The translations under genes were made by a program, and so were the position numbers. This document shows positions 21,483 to 31,151 of a DNA stretch of 64,000 nucleotides, one piece after another. The DNA lies in contig CAWHEU010000022.1 in the NCBI GenBank assembly GCA_963828465.1, positions 384,001 through 448,000 on the forward strand, read 5' to 3'. The notes below the pieces were generated by a model. That model was not told the DNA's origin, did not search any database, and saw only the letters and a list, made by a program, of their open reading frames with translations. The number at the start of each line of letters is the position of its first letter. Position 1 is the first letter of the stretch. The DNA comes from an uncultured Acidobacteriota bacterium (lineage in GTDB: Bacteria; Actinomycetota; Acidimicrobiia; Spongiisociales; ZC4RG35).

Positions 21483-22484
21483 ATGCTTGAAGATCGTCGG
21501 TCCGAGATCCTTCGCGCCCTGGTTGAGGAGCACATTCGTTCGGGGGAGCCGGTGAGTTCCCGTGCCATCGTGGACCGCGCCCATCTGCCGGTCTCCAGTG
21601 CGACCGTGAGGAACGACTTGGCCGCCCTCGAGGCGGAGGGCTTCGTCATCCAGCCCCACACGTCGGCCGGCAGGGTCCCTACCGCCGCCGCTTATCGGTA
21701 TTACGTCGACCATCTCGGCCCGGGGAGGCTTCGCTCGACGGCGCAGGCCAAGATCAACTCCTTCTTCGGCGAGGTTCATCTCGAGCTCTCCAAGCTGCTC
21801 AAGGAGACTTCCGATCTCCTTGCCGAGGTGACAGATTTGCCTGCTGTCGTCGTGGCCCCGGCCCTCCGTGGGGACCGGGTGCGTGATCTGCACAGCGTTC
21901 AGGTCACGGCCGATCAGATGCTGCTGATCGTCGTCACAGACGGGGGCCGTGTGCTCCAGCAGAGGGCCAGGGTCCGGGTCCCGATCACCGCGACCGAGTT
22001 GGAAGAGGCCCACCGAGTGGTCAGTGCTGCCGTCGTCGGGTCGGACCTCGGGGCCACCCCGATGATCAGCGAAGAGGTGCTCGGAGGACTCGACGAGCGA
22101 ACACGTGAGGCGGTCCTGACCATGAACGACGGATTGCATCTGGCCGCGGCCGCAGGCACGGAGATCTTCATCGGAGGGACTCAGCGGCTCACCTCGGTGT
22201 GGGAGGACCTCAGCGCCGTGCAGCGAATCCTGGAAGTGCTTGCCCGTGAGGCCGAGGTCATGAAGATCCTTGCGGTGGCCTCGGGGACATCGATTCAGAT
22301 TGGTGCCGAGTTGCATTTGCAAGATGTCGACCTTGCCGTCGTCTCCAAGACCTACGAGGCGGGGGCCAGCGGCGGGTCGGTTGGCGTCATCGGGCCGATG
22401 CGGATGAACTACAAGCGGGCCATCTCGGCGGTCGAGGAGGTCTCCCGCGAGTTGGAGGACCGGATCAGCTCCGAAAAAGACTGA
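21483..22484 (+). CDS. hrcA: Heat-inducible transcription repressor HrcA
   Basis: EPVSS..SSATVRNDLAALE..QPHTSAGRVPT..GVIGPMRMNY. Confidence 0.95.
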   Translation: MLEDRRSEILRALVEEHIRSGEPVSSRAIVDRAHLPVSSATVRNDLAALEAEGFVIQPHTSAGRVPTAAAYRYYVDHLGPGRLRSTAQAKINSFFGEVHLELSKLLKETSDLLAEVTDLPAVVVAPALRGDRVRDLHSVQVTADQMLLIVVTDGGRVLQQRARVRVPITATELEEAHRVVSAAVVGSDLGATPMISEEVLGGLDERTREAVLTMNDGLHLAAAAGTEIFIGGTQRLTSVWEDLSAVQRILEVLAREAEVMKILAVASGTSIQIGAELHLQDVDLAVVSKTYEAGASGGSVGVIGPMRMNYKRAISAVEEVSRELEDRISSEKD

Positions 22485-22487
22485 CCG

Positions 22488-23564
22488 ATGGCCAAGAACT
22501 ATTACGACATCCTGGGGGTCGGTAGGGACGCCACCAGTGAAGAGATCAAGAAGGCCTTTCGGCTGATCGCGCGCGCCACCCATCCCGATGCCAATCCGGG
22601 CGATCCGGTGGCGGAGGCTCGGTTTCGTGATGCAGCCGAGGCCTATGAGGTCCTGTCCGATCCGGATCGGCGACGCCGATACGACAGGGGAGACACGATC
22701 GATCTCTCAGATCTGTTCGCCGGCTTTGGCGGATTCGACGATCTTCTGCGTTCGGTGTTCGGCGACAGCTCGATGTTTGGTGGTGGGGCCCGGAGTCGTC
22801 CGACCCGGGGTGGCGACGTCCTGGTTCGGACGGAAGTCGATCTGATCGATGCCGCCTTCGGCACCGATGTCGAGGTCACCTTCGCGACCATGGACACGTG
22901 CCAGGTCTGTTCCGGCACCGGAGCCGAGGAGGGTCATGGTCAGACCACCTGTCCTGAGTGCGGCGGCGCAGGCTCGGTGCGGATGGCGCGACGATCCCTC
23001 TTCGGCACGATGATGACCGTTGTCACGTGCCCGAGCTGTCGTGGCGAGGGCGTGCTGGTGACCAGCCCGTGTTCGGCTTGCTCAGGGATCGGCGCCGTGG
23101 ATGGCGAGCGAACGATGACCGTCGAAGTTCCCGCGGGCGTGTCCTCCGGGACGCGCTTACGCATCTCGGGTCGTGGTCAGTCGGGAGGACGTTACGGGCC
23201 GCCCGGCGACCTCTACGTCGAGATCCTGGTTGCCCCCGACACCCGGTTCGAGCGTCACGACTCCGATCTCGTCCATCGTGTGTCGGTCGGCATCGCCGAG
23301 GCGTCGCTCGGGACCAGGATCGCCATCCCTTTGATCGAGGGCGGCGAGAGCGATCTCGACATCCCGGCCGGCACCCAACCCGAGACCGTGTTCCGGATGC
23401 CAGGCATGGGCGTCACGCATCTCGGCCGGCGGACGAGGGGCGACCTCCATGTAGTCGTCTCCGTCGCAGTTCCGCGCGACCTCACCAGTGACGAGGAGGA
23501 AGCCCTCCGGCGATGGGCCGAGTTGCGGGGTGAGAGGACGGACCGGCCCGCCTCGGCCGGCTGA
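22488..23564 (+). CDS. dnaJ: Chaperone DnaJ
   Basis: J domain with HPD; four CxxCxGxG zinc-finger repeats. Confidence 0.95.
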   Translation: MAKNYYDILGVGRDATSEEIKKAFRLIARATHPDANPGDPVAEARFRDAAEAYEVLSDPDRRRRYDRGDTIDLSDLFAGFGGFDDLLRSVFGDSSMFGGGARSRPTRGGDVLVRTEVDLIDAAFGTDVEVTFATMDTCQVCSGTGAEEGHGQTTCPECGGAGSVRMARRSLFGTMMTVVTCPSCRGEGVLVTSPCSACSGIGAVDGERTMTVEVPAGVSSGTRLRISGRGQSGGRYGPPGDLYVEILVAPDTRFERHDSDLVHRVSVGIAEASLGTRIAIPLIEGGESDLDIPAGTQPETVFRMPGMGVTHLGRRTRGDLHVVVSVAVPRDLTSDEEEALRRWAELRGERTDRPASAG

Positions 23565-23576
23565 TCCAGTAAGCCG

Positions 23577-24208
23577 ATGGGCCACGTGCCGCATCTTCTG
23601 GTTCCGGGTCCCTGGACCGGGGACCTTCTGAAGCTGTCGGTGGAGCAAAGACGCCATCTCGAGAAGGTCCTCCGCGTTGGAGACGGAGAGCCGGTGTCTT
23701 ACACCGACGGCGAAGGGCGGGCCGGCGACGGGCAGCTTCTGAGCGGTGGGGTGGTGAGGGGGCAGGAGATCTTGGTCCCTGCCCCATCTGACCTGATTGT
23801 GATTGCCGCCCCGCCAGACAATCGGGATCGAGCCCGATTCCTGGTCGAGAAGCTCGCCGAGATGGGTGTAGCCGAATTGCTCTTCGTCGACACCAGGCAC
23901 GGGCACGGCCGACCGCCAAATGCAACGAAGCTTCGATCGTGGTCGGTGTCAGGCCTGGAGCAGTCTCGAGGTGCATGGTTGATGAGGACTTCGGACACTC
24001 TGGTCGCCCTCGCCGCGATCGATCGACCCTTCGTGGTGTGCGATCGGGGCGGAGGACGGGAGACTCCCCCCGCGGGACAGTGGTCATCGGGCCCGAGGGC
24101 GGATGGGCATCGGGTGAGATCCCGGAGGATGTGATCCGCTGGGATCTAGGCGATACGGTGCTCCGGGTGGAGACTGCCGCTCTCGTGGCCGCAGCGCGCC
24201 TCCTATGA
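23577..24208 (+). CDS. rsmE: 16S rRNA m3U1498 methyltransferase RsmE, with an apparent frameshift at or near the C run at about 24066-24071
   Basis: HLEKVLRV..EKLAEMGV..EQSR in one frame; VVIGPEGGW..LGDTVLRVETAA in another. Confidence 0.88.
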
Positions 24209-24263
24209 ATCCTGGCGCGGAACATGTAGCATCTCGCCACGGGCTTACGGGAGGAGACCCTTG

Positions 24264-24674
24264 GTGGACAGGTTCAGTGCTTCGCTTGGCTTGCGCCTGC
24301 GCGCAGCACGTCGTCAGCGGGGTTGGTCGCTGGGGGAGCTCGAGTCATATACAGGCGGTGAGTTCAAGGCGTCCGTCGTCGGCGCATATGAGCGTGGAGA
24401 GCGCGCGCTGAGTGTTCAACGACTGGTCCGCCTGGCGGAGATCTATGCGGTCCCACCCTCCGATCTCTTACCCCTCGGTTCTCAGGAGCGAGGTGTTTTG
24501 ATCGATCTGGATGTGGCCGCCGAGGGCAAGGATGGCGATCTCATCGACCGATATCTCGCTGCAATCCATTTTCTGCGCCGTGAGGGCAGGCCCGATGAGG
24601 TCCGCGACTCCGACAAGGCGGTGATCGCCTCATTGCTCGATTCGACGGTGGAAGTCGCCTCCGGGCCTGACTGA
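24264..24674 (+). CDS. BldD-like XRE helix-turn-helix regulator
   Basis: LGLRLRAARRQRGWSL..FKASVVGAYERGERALSVQRLVRLAEIYAVP closely follows the Streptomyces BldD DNA-binding domain as recalled (WKAVVVGSYERGDRAVTVQRLAELADFYGVP). Confidence 0.82.
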   Translation: MDRFSASLGLRLRAARRQRGWSLGELESYTGGEFKASVVGAYERGERALSVQRLVRLAEIYAVPPSDLLPLGSQERGVLIDLDVAAEGKDGDLIDRYLAAIHFLRREGRPDEVRDSDKAVIASLLDSTVEVASGPD

Positions 24675-24741
24675 ATTCTCCGAATCAGCATGGGGCGGCC
24701 TCTACAATGGTCGCGACGCCACAGAGAGGGCGTCGTCTTCT

Positions 24742-25722
24742 GTGCCCACTGAGCAACCCACCGAATCTATCGACTCGCGTTTACGCGTCCCCAGCCATCA
24801 TTTGATGCTGGATCTCTTGGGCGAGGCCGACAGACACCTGCGTCAGGTCGAAGCCCATTTCCCGGACGTGCGATTCATCGCGCGCGGAGACGAGGTGGCT
24901 TTCAAGGGGCCCGATACCGAAGTCGAGCGAGCCCGAACTGTGCTCGAAGAGTTGCTCATCCTCGTCCAGGAGGGCCATGCCCTCGACTCGGCCCGGGTCG
25001 ACGAAGTCGTGAAGATGGTCATCGAGGACGTGCCCAGCCCATCGGGCGTGCTCTCCGATGGGATCCCGGTGGGGCGCGGGCGGATGATCCGCCCCAAGAC
25101 CCATGGCCAGCAGAAGTACATGGAAGCCATCAGGGAGAACACTCTGACCTTTGGCATCGGGCCTGCCGGCACCGGGAAGACTTATCTGGCCATGGCCGCA
25201 GCGGTGGACAGCTTGGTCAGCGGGTCGGTGCGTCGAATCATCCTCACCCGCCCCGCCGTCGAGGCGGGGGAGAGGCTCGGATTCCTGCCGGGGGATCTCG
25301 CCGCCAAGGTCGATCCTTACCTGCGACCCCTTTACGACGCCTTGTGGGACATGCTCGGCCCCGAGGAGACCGGAGCGCTGGTCGAGAAGGGAACTATCGA
25401 GATAGCCCCGCTCGCTTATATGAGAGGAAGGACTCTCAACGACGCCTGTGTCATCCTCGACGAAGCTCAGAACACGACGCCGGAGCAGATGAAGATGTTC
25501 CTGACCCGGCTCGGGTTCAACTCCAAGATGATCATCACAGGTGACATGACCCAGACCGATCTCCCGGACAACCGGCGGTCGGGTCTCATGGTCGTCCGCG
25601 AGATTTTGAGCGATATTCCCGGTGTCTCCTTCGTGGAGCTCACTGCCCGCGACGTTGTGCGGCATCGCATCGTCGCCTCGATCGTCGAGGCGTATGCCAG
25701 GTTCGAGAGCAAGGTCAAGTGA
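24742..25722 (+). CDS. phoH: PhoH-family ATPase
   Basis: GPAGTGKTYLA, RPAVEAGERLGFLPG, YMRGRTLN, DEAQN. Confidence 0.93.
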   Translation: MPTEQPTESIDSRLRVPSHHLMLDLLGEADRHLRQVEAHFPDVRFIARGDEVAFKGPDTEVERARTVLEELLILVQEGHALDSARVDEVVKMVIEDVPSPSGVLSDGIPVGRGRMIRPKTHGQQKYMEAIRENTLTFGIGPAGTGKTYLAMAAAVDSLVSGSVRRIILTRPAVEAGERLGFLPGDLAAKVDPYLRPLYDALWDMLGPEETGALVEKGTIEIAPLAYMRGRTLNDACVILDEAQNTTPEQMKMFLTRLGFNSKMIITGDMTQTDLPDNRRSGLMVVREILSDIPGVSFVELTARDVVRHRIVASIVEAYARFESKVK

Positions 25723-28232
25723 TGCCGCGGCCGACACTGGTCCGCCTCGCAACCTTCGTCGCCACAGTTGTGGCGGCGTGGGGCGTGTTGTCCCTAGGAG
25801 GGGGGTCGGCTGACCCCGAGTTGACGGTGGGCGAATTGGCCCCTCGTGAGTATCGGGCCCAGATTCCGGGGACGGTGACCGACGAGGCCGAGACCGAAGC
25901 GCTGAGACAGGAAGCCAGGGAATCCGTCCCGCCGATCGAGCAGATCAACGAGCAAATCGAGAGCACGGTGAATACGAATGTGACGGGCGTGTTCGACGAC
26001 GTGCAGGCACTGGCGATCGGTGAGCCCTTGGATCCCCCGGCACCACAGGCCACGGAGGCCCCTCCCACGACGGTGGCCGAGGAGACGACCGAGACCACCG
26101 ACGTACCCGAGCCCGCCGTCCTGACCGGCACCGTGTTCCTCGACGTGGAATCCGATGGCGAGTTCGACCCGGAGGCGGAAGGGGCACGAGTCGACGCCGG
26201 GGTCGAGCGGATCGCAGTGACTATCCAGGCGGGCGAGCAGACGTTCGAGGTGATGACCGATGCAAACGGTGTCTGGTCGGCCGAGGTGCCCGCAGGTGCC
26301 GCCCTGGTGCGCATGGACCCCGCGGATGCCCAGATACCGGAGGGCTACGTCGTGGGCAGTCCCAACTACCAGCAGTTGGTGGAGTGCGATTCCGCCGACA
26401 CGTGCACGGCCGAGGTGATCCCGTTGCAAGTGAACCTCCGCCCGATCGATGAGGTGATCGCTCGAGTGACGGCGTCCCACACCGTCGCCAGCGATGCGGT
26501 CTCGACACTTGCACTCGCCGCCAGCGATGACGTCATCAGGGCGGCGCTGGGTGAGGACCCCCACTTCCCATTGATCCGACAGGCGGCGGTGGATCGGCTC
26601 TTCCAGGAGTTCGGCCTCAGGATCACGCCCGACCAACTTCAGACTGCACAGCAACGCCTCCGCTCCAACCCACCCCAGGTGGTCTATCTGGACACCAGTC
26701 CTCCGGGCCCAGACGCCGCAGCAAGTGAAGCTGCAGGTGAGATCGTGGCGACGTTCCTCCAGGCCAACTATCTGGTCGACGAGGCGGCAACCGAAGAGGC
26801 GAGGGACGAGGCTGCGGAAGCAGTAGAAGACGTGCAGGCCGACTACGCCTTTGACCAGTTGATAGTCGCCCCGGGAGTTCCGGTCACCCAGCTCCAGATC
26901 GACGCGATAGCTGCCACGACGTCCTCCGCATCACAGGCGGAGGCGGACGGTGGCCTGCTCGCCGTTCTCGGTGTGCTGGTTGGGCTTCTTGGCCTCTATC
27001 TCTCGCGATTCCGGGCCGAGTTCTGGGCCCGACCCCGGATGATTGCTCTCCTCGGCATTCTCATCGTCCTTGCCGCTGGTGCAGTCAAGGCGACGGTCAT
27101 CTTCCAGCCTCAATCGAGCTGGTACGTCCTCCCGGCAGTGGCATTCGGATTCATGACAGCCGTTCTCTTCGACTCGCGCATCGCCGTGCTCATGGCATTG
27201 GCGGTTGGCGTCATCGCCGCGGTTGGGACCCAGGACACCGGGGTCGCGGTTTATGCCACCCTCGCCACCCTTGCCCCGATCCCGTTCGTGAGCTCGGTGA
27301 CGAGCCGCGGCGGCTTCCGGACCGCGGTCGTCTTCTCTGCCTTGACCGCCGCTGTCGTCGCCGGAGCCACGGCGTCTTTCTTCCACGTCGGCCCCAATGA
27401 CATCGTGTGGGAGGTGGTCGGCATTTCCATGGCTTGGGCATTCGGCATCTCGGCGGTCGCCGCGCTCGTGGGTCTGGCCGGCTTGCAGTTCTTCGAGTCG
27501 GCTTTTGACATCACCACCAGTCTCAGCCTCCTCGATCTGACCGATCGCAACCACGAGGCACTCCAGTTGCTCCAGGAAAAAGCCTTCGGGACTTTCAACC
27601 ACTCCCTGATGGTGGGGACTCTTGCCCACGCCGCCGCCCGTGCCATCGGGGCCAACGCCCTTCTGGCTCGAGCAATGGCCTACTACCACGACCTGGGCAA
27701 GACGGAACACCCGACGATGTTCATCGAGAACCAGTTCGGGATCCAGAACCCTCACGATTTCATGACGCCGCTCGAATCCGCCGAGGTCATCCGCAGGCAC
27801 GTGAGCGACGGGATCGTGCTGGCCCGGCAATTCAAGATCCCATCGGACGTTGCCACGGGAATCGTCAGCCACCATGGCGATGGGATCATGCGCTTCTTCT
27901 ATGAGAAGGCCAGGTCGCAGAACGGCGATCACGTGGATCCCAACGATTTCCGCCACATCGGGCACAAGCCGAGAACGGCCGAGACGGCGATCGTGATGCT
28001 GTCCGACTCTCTGGAAGCGGCCTGCCGGGCCAACTTCCAAACCGAGGAGCCAACGCCCGAAGCCATAGAGAAAGTCGTGGACAGAGTCATCGATGAGAAG
28101 CTGAACGACGGCCAGCTCTCCGAGTCGCCGCTGACACTCGCCGAGATGACCTCGATCCGCTCGGCTTTCCTCGACTCGCTGGTCGGTCATTACCATCAGC
28201 GGATCGCGTATCCCAACTTCCCCGGAACCTGA
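25719..28232 (+). CDS. 7TM-HD membrane phosphohydrolase (PgpH-like c-di-AMP phosphodiesterase)
   Basis: N-terminal TM, large extracellular region, several TM helices, then GTFNHSL..YYHDLGK..FIENQ..HHG..MLSDSLEAA; sits between phoH and ybeY like Bacillus pgpH. Confidence 0.85.
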   Translation: MMPRPTLVRLATFVATVVAAWGVLSLGGGSADPELTVGELAPREYRAQIPGTVTDEAETEALRQEARESVPPIEQINEQIESTVNTNVTGVFDDVQALAIGEPLDPPAPQATEAPPTTVAEETTETTDVPEPAVLTGTVFLDVESDGEFDPEAEGARVDAGVERIAVTIQAGEQTFEVMTDANGVWSAEVPAGAALVRMDPADAQIPEGYVVGSPNYQQLVECDSADTCTAEVIPLQVNLRPIDEVIARVTASHTVASDAVSTLALAASDDVIRAALGEDPHFPLIRQAAVDRLFQEFGLRITPDQLQTAQQRLRSNPPQVVYLDTSPPGPDAAASEAAGEIVATFLQANYLVDEAATEEARDEAAEAVEDVQADYAFDQLIVAPGVPVTQLQIDAIAATTSSASQAEADGGLLAVLGVLVGLLGLYLSRFRAEFWARPRMIALLGILIVLAAGAVKATVIFQPQSSWYVLPAVAFGFMTAVLFDSRIAVLMALAVGVIAAVGTQDTGVAVYATLATLAPIPFVSSVTSRGGFRTAVVFSALTAAVVAGATASFFHVGPNDIVWEVVGISMAWAFGISAVAALVGLAGLQFFESAFDITTSLSLLDLTDRNHEALQLLQEKAFGTFNHSLMVGTLAHAAARAIGANALLARAMAYYHDLGKTEHPTMFIENQFGIQNPHDFMTPLESAEVIRRHVSDGIVLARQFKIPSDVATGIVSHHGDGIMRFFYEKARSQNGDHVDPNDFRHIGHKPRTAETAIVMLSDSLEAACRANFQTEEPTPEAIEKVVDRVIDEKLNDGQLSESPLTLAEMTSIRSAFLDSLVGHYHQRIAYPNFPGT

Positions 28233-28269
28233 TGGACGACCCTCCGAGTCGAAAACCCGGCGCCGGCCA

Positions 28270-28734
28270 GTGAGCGTCTTCCTGGCCGACGAACAAGGTG
28301 AGCCGGTCGATCTCCTCCAGTTGCGTCATCTGGCTGAGGTGGTGCTCACCGAGGAGGGATACCCGGACGAGACCGAGGTGACCGTGCTCCTCGTCAGCGA
28401 CGACGAGATGGCCTCTTACAACGAGCGCTTCCTCGATCGATCAGGCCCTACCGATGTCCTCGCCTTCCCGGTCGAGGAGTTGACACCGGGCTTCGTGCCC
28501 GACCAACACCCCGCCGGACCTCCGCTCGTCATCGGCGATGTCATCGTCGCCCCGGCCTATGTCAGCCGCCAGGCGGCCGAGACCGAGATCGGTTTCGACG
28601 ACGAGATGGCCCTCATGGTCGTCCATGGCATCCTGCATCTGCTGGGGTATGACCACATCGACGACACCGACGCCGAGCGGATGGAGCGTCGGGAAGCCGA
28701 GTTGTTGTCGATGGTTGGTGTGGTGCGAAGATGA
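28270..28734 (+). CDS. ybeY: rRNA maturation endoribonuclease YbeY
   Basis: PTDVLAFP, HGILHLLGYDH. Confidence 0.95.
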   Translation: MSVFLADEQGEPVDLLQLRHLAEVVLTEEGYPDETEVTVLLVSDDEMASYNERFLDRSGPTDVLAFPVEELTPGFVPDQHPAGPPLVIGDVIVAPAYVSRQAAETEIGFDDEMALMVVHGILHLLGYDHIDDTDAERMERREAELLSMVGVVRR

Positions 28735-29918
28735 ATGTGGCGATCATCATCGTGGCCGTTGCCGCCCTGGCTCTCGCGGCGTGGTTGCGTGCCGCCGGAT
28801 CGGCAATCACCCGAGTTCCCCGAGCGGACGCGCTGCGAGACGAAGCCGATGGCGTGCGCGGTGCCGGAATCGTGGCCGAGTTACTCGAGGAACGTGAGGC
28901 GATAACCCCGGCCGTGGCCATGGTCGGCTCGGCCTTGCTGGTAGTGGCCGCAGTGGCGGGGACTGCTCTGGTTACTGCTGAGCAGACGCTCGGCACCGCC
29001 ATCGCCTACGCCGCCATCGTCTTCCTGGTTGTGTTTCTCCTCGGCGACCTGGCCCCACGCCAGCTGGGAAGGCGCAGACCGCGCTCGATCGCATACAGGT
29101 CAGCGAGGTTGCTCGCCGTCGCGGTCAGCCTCGGTGGATGGGCATCCGATCTGATCACTGAATCGAATGGTGATGACGAAGGTGAGATCGAGCCGGAGCC
29201 AGAAACCGTCACCGAGCAGGAGCGCGAGATGATCGACTCCGTGCTCGAGTTCGGAGACACGGTTGTCCGTGAGGTGATGACCCCACGGCCGGACATGGTG
29301 ACGGTGCCTGTGACGGCTTCTGTGGATGATCTGATCTCGGTCACCACCGACGAGGGCTTCTCCAGGATCCCGGTGACCAGCAACGGCGACGTCGTGGGCA
29401 TGGTGATGGTCAAGGACCTGTTGCCTCTTCTGGGGGAGGGCCGACGTCCCGCCTCCGTTGCGGAGGTGATGAGGCCCGTCGAGTTCGTCCCGGAGACCAA
29501 GCTCGCCTCTGCGCTGCTGGGTGAGATGCAGGCCAATCACCGGCACCAGATGATCGTCGTGGACGAGTATGGGGAGGTGGCCGGCCTGGTCACCATCGAG
29601 GACTTGCTCGAGGAGCTGGTGGGAGAAATTGCCGACGAAACGGACGAAGAGGAGATATTCATCTCCGCACGTCGTGACGGTGGTTGGGACGTCGACGGTC
29701 GATTACCCGTCGATGATCTGGCTCGTCTCGCCGGTGTGGACCTGCCCGATGAGGATTGGGACACCGTCGCCGGCTTGGTCATGGGTCTCGCCGAGCGTGT
29801 TCCGGACGAGGGTGAGCAATTTTCACATGGTCCGCTCACGCTTACCGTCACCCGGATGCAGGGAAGGCGAGTGGCGGATGTCTCCGTGTCCGTATCGGAG
29901 GCTGTGGACGCCGAATGA
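28731..29918 (+). CDS. CNNM/DUF21-CBS-CorC (hemolysin-family) Mg2+/Co2+ transport protein
   Basis: N-terminal TMs, VREVMTPRPDM, FSRIPV, VVDEYG..GLVTIEDLLEELVGEI, CorC_HlyC tail. Confidence 0.9.
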   Translation: MNVAIIIVAVAALALAAWLRAAGSAITRVPRADALRDEADGVRGAGIVAELLEEREAITPAVAMVGSALLVVAAVAGTALVTAEQTLGTAIAYAAIVFLVVFLLGDLAPRQLGRRRPRSIAYRSARLLAVAVSLGGWASDLITESNGDDEGEIEPEPETVTEQEREMIDSVLEFGDTVVREVMTPRPDMVTVPVTASVDDLISVTTDEGFSRIPVTSNGDVVGMVMVKDLLPLLGEGRRPASVAEVMRPVEFVPETKLASALLGEMQANHRHQMIVVDEYGEVAGLVTIEDLLEELVGEIADETDEEEIFISARRDGGWDVDGRLPVDDLARLAGVDLPDEDWDTVAGLVMGLAERVPDEGEQFSHGPLTLTVTRMQGRRVADVSVSVSEAVDAE

Positions 29919-30802
29919 GGTCAGGGTTCGTGCCCGTCGTGGGACGCCCCAACGTCGGGAAGTCGACGCTGGTGAACGCGATGGTGGGGTCGAAGGTGGC
30001 CATCACCTCTTCACGACCCCAGACCACCCGCAACGCGATCCGCGGCATCGTGAACGGCCCCGGTGACGATCCCGAGTATCAGATCGTCCTTGTCGACACC
30101 CCCGGGCTGCACAAGCCACGCAACGAGCTGGGGACCAGGTTGAACTCGCTGGTCTACGGCACGCTTGCCGAAGCCGACGTCGTGGTGTTCCTCGTCGATG
30201 CGACCCAGGCGATCGGGCCGGGCGACCGGCTGATCGCCGAACGTCTCGGCGAGGCGGAGGCCGAAGTGCTCGTGGTCGTGAGCAAGCTCGACATCAGCCG
30301 CCGAGGCCAGGTCGTGGAGCAGTTGACCAAGGCCGGAGAGTGGGATTTCGCCTCCTATGTGCCGGTTTCGGCCCTCGACGGGTCCGGTGTCCCCGAGCTC
30401 GTGACCGAAGTCGTCTCCCGGCTGCCAGAGGGACCGGTCTACTACCCGCCGGGGATCACAACCGACCAGCCCGAAGACCTGGTGATTGGCGAGATGGTCC
30501 GCGAGAAGTTCCTCGACCGGCTTCGTGAGGAGCTGCCGCACTCACTGGTGGTGGTGGTCGAGGACCTCGAGCAACGCGACGACGGGCTCATCGACATCGC
30601 CGCCGACGTCATCGTCGAACGCAAGAGCCAAAAGGGGATAGTGATCGGGAAGGGTGGCTCGCTTCTCAAGGAGGCTGGTACCGCGGCACGACACGACCTC
30701 GAGGCCTTGCTGGGGAACCGGGTGAATCTCAGACTTCAGGTCAAGGTCGAACCCGACTGGCAACGAAAGCCCCAGCTCCTCGACCGCCTGGGTTTCGACT
30801 GA
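29915..30802 (+). CDS. era: GTPase Era
   Basis: GRPNVGKSTL, PQTTR, DTPG, KH domain QKGIVIGKGG. Confidence 0.95.
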   Translation: MRSGFVPVVGRPNVGKSTLVNAMVGSKVAITSSRPQTTRNAIRGIVNGPGDDPEYQIVLVDTPGLHKPRNELGTRLNSLVYGTLAEADVVVFLVDATQAIGPGDRLIAERLGEAEAEVLVVVSKLDISRRGQVVEQLTKAGEWDFASYVPVSALDGSGVPELVTEVVSRLPEGPVYYPPGITTDQPEDLVIGEMVREKFLDRLREELPHSLVVVVEDLEQRDDGLIDIAADVIVERKSQKGIVIGKGGSLLKEAGTAARHDLEALLGNRVNLRLQVKVEPDWQRKPQLLDRLGFD

Positions 30803-30811
30803 TCGGTCCGG

Positions 30812-31090
30812 TCAGAGGAGCCCGTCGCAGAGGTCGGCGAGGTTCAGGTCTTTGGCGGTGACCCCGCCCTCGGAGTGAGTGGACAGAGTCAGGGTGACCT
30901 TGTTCCAGCGAATGTCGATGTCGGGATGGTGGTCGGCCTTCTCGGCGGCCAGGGCGACCCGTGTCACCAGGCCCATCGACTCGTTGAAGTCGGCCAACTC
31001 ATAGGTGCGCGCGATGCCGTCGTCGACCTTGGCCCAGCCGGGGTGGGAATCGACAAAAGCCTCGATCTCGCTGTCGGAAACGATTGCCAT
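30812..31090 (-). CDS. Pterin-4-alpha-carbinolamine dehydratase
   Basis: AEKADHHPDI..LSTHSEGGVT.KD. Confidence 0.9.
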   Translation of the reverse strand: MAIVSDSEIEAFVDSHPGWAKVDDGIARTYELADFNESMGLVTRVALAAEKADHHPDIDIRWNKVTLTLSTHSEGGVTAKDLNLADLCDGLL

Positions 31091-31151
31091 ACCTGGAACC
31101 TACAACCTAAGACCTATAACGGGCTCTCAGGCTTTTAGCCTGAGGGCACCA

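Noticed and set aside
20841-22583. Long antisense ORFs (also 26931-28196, 52672-54123, 9889-11133 and many others)
   Set aside because: Shadow frames of well-supported genes, expected in high-GC DNA; no motifs.
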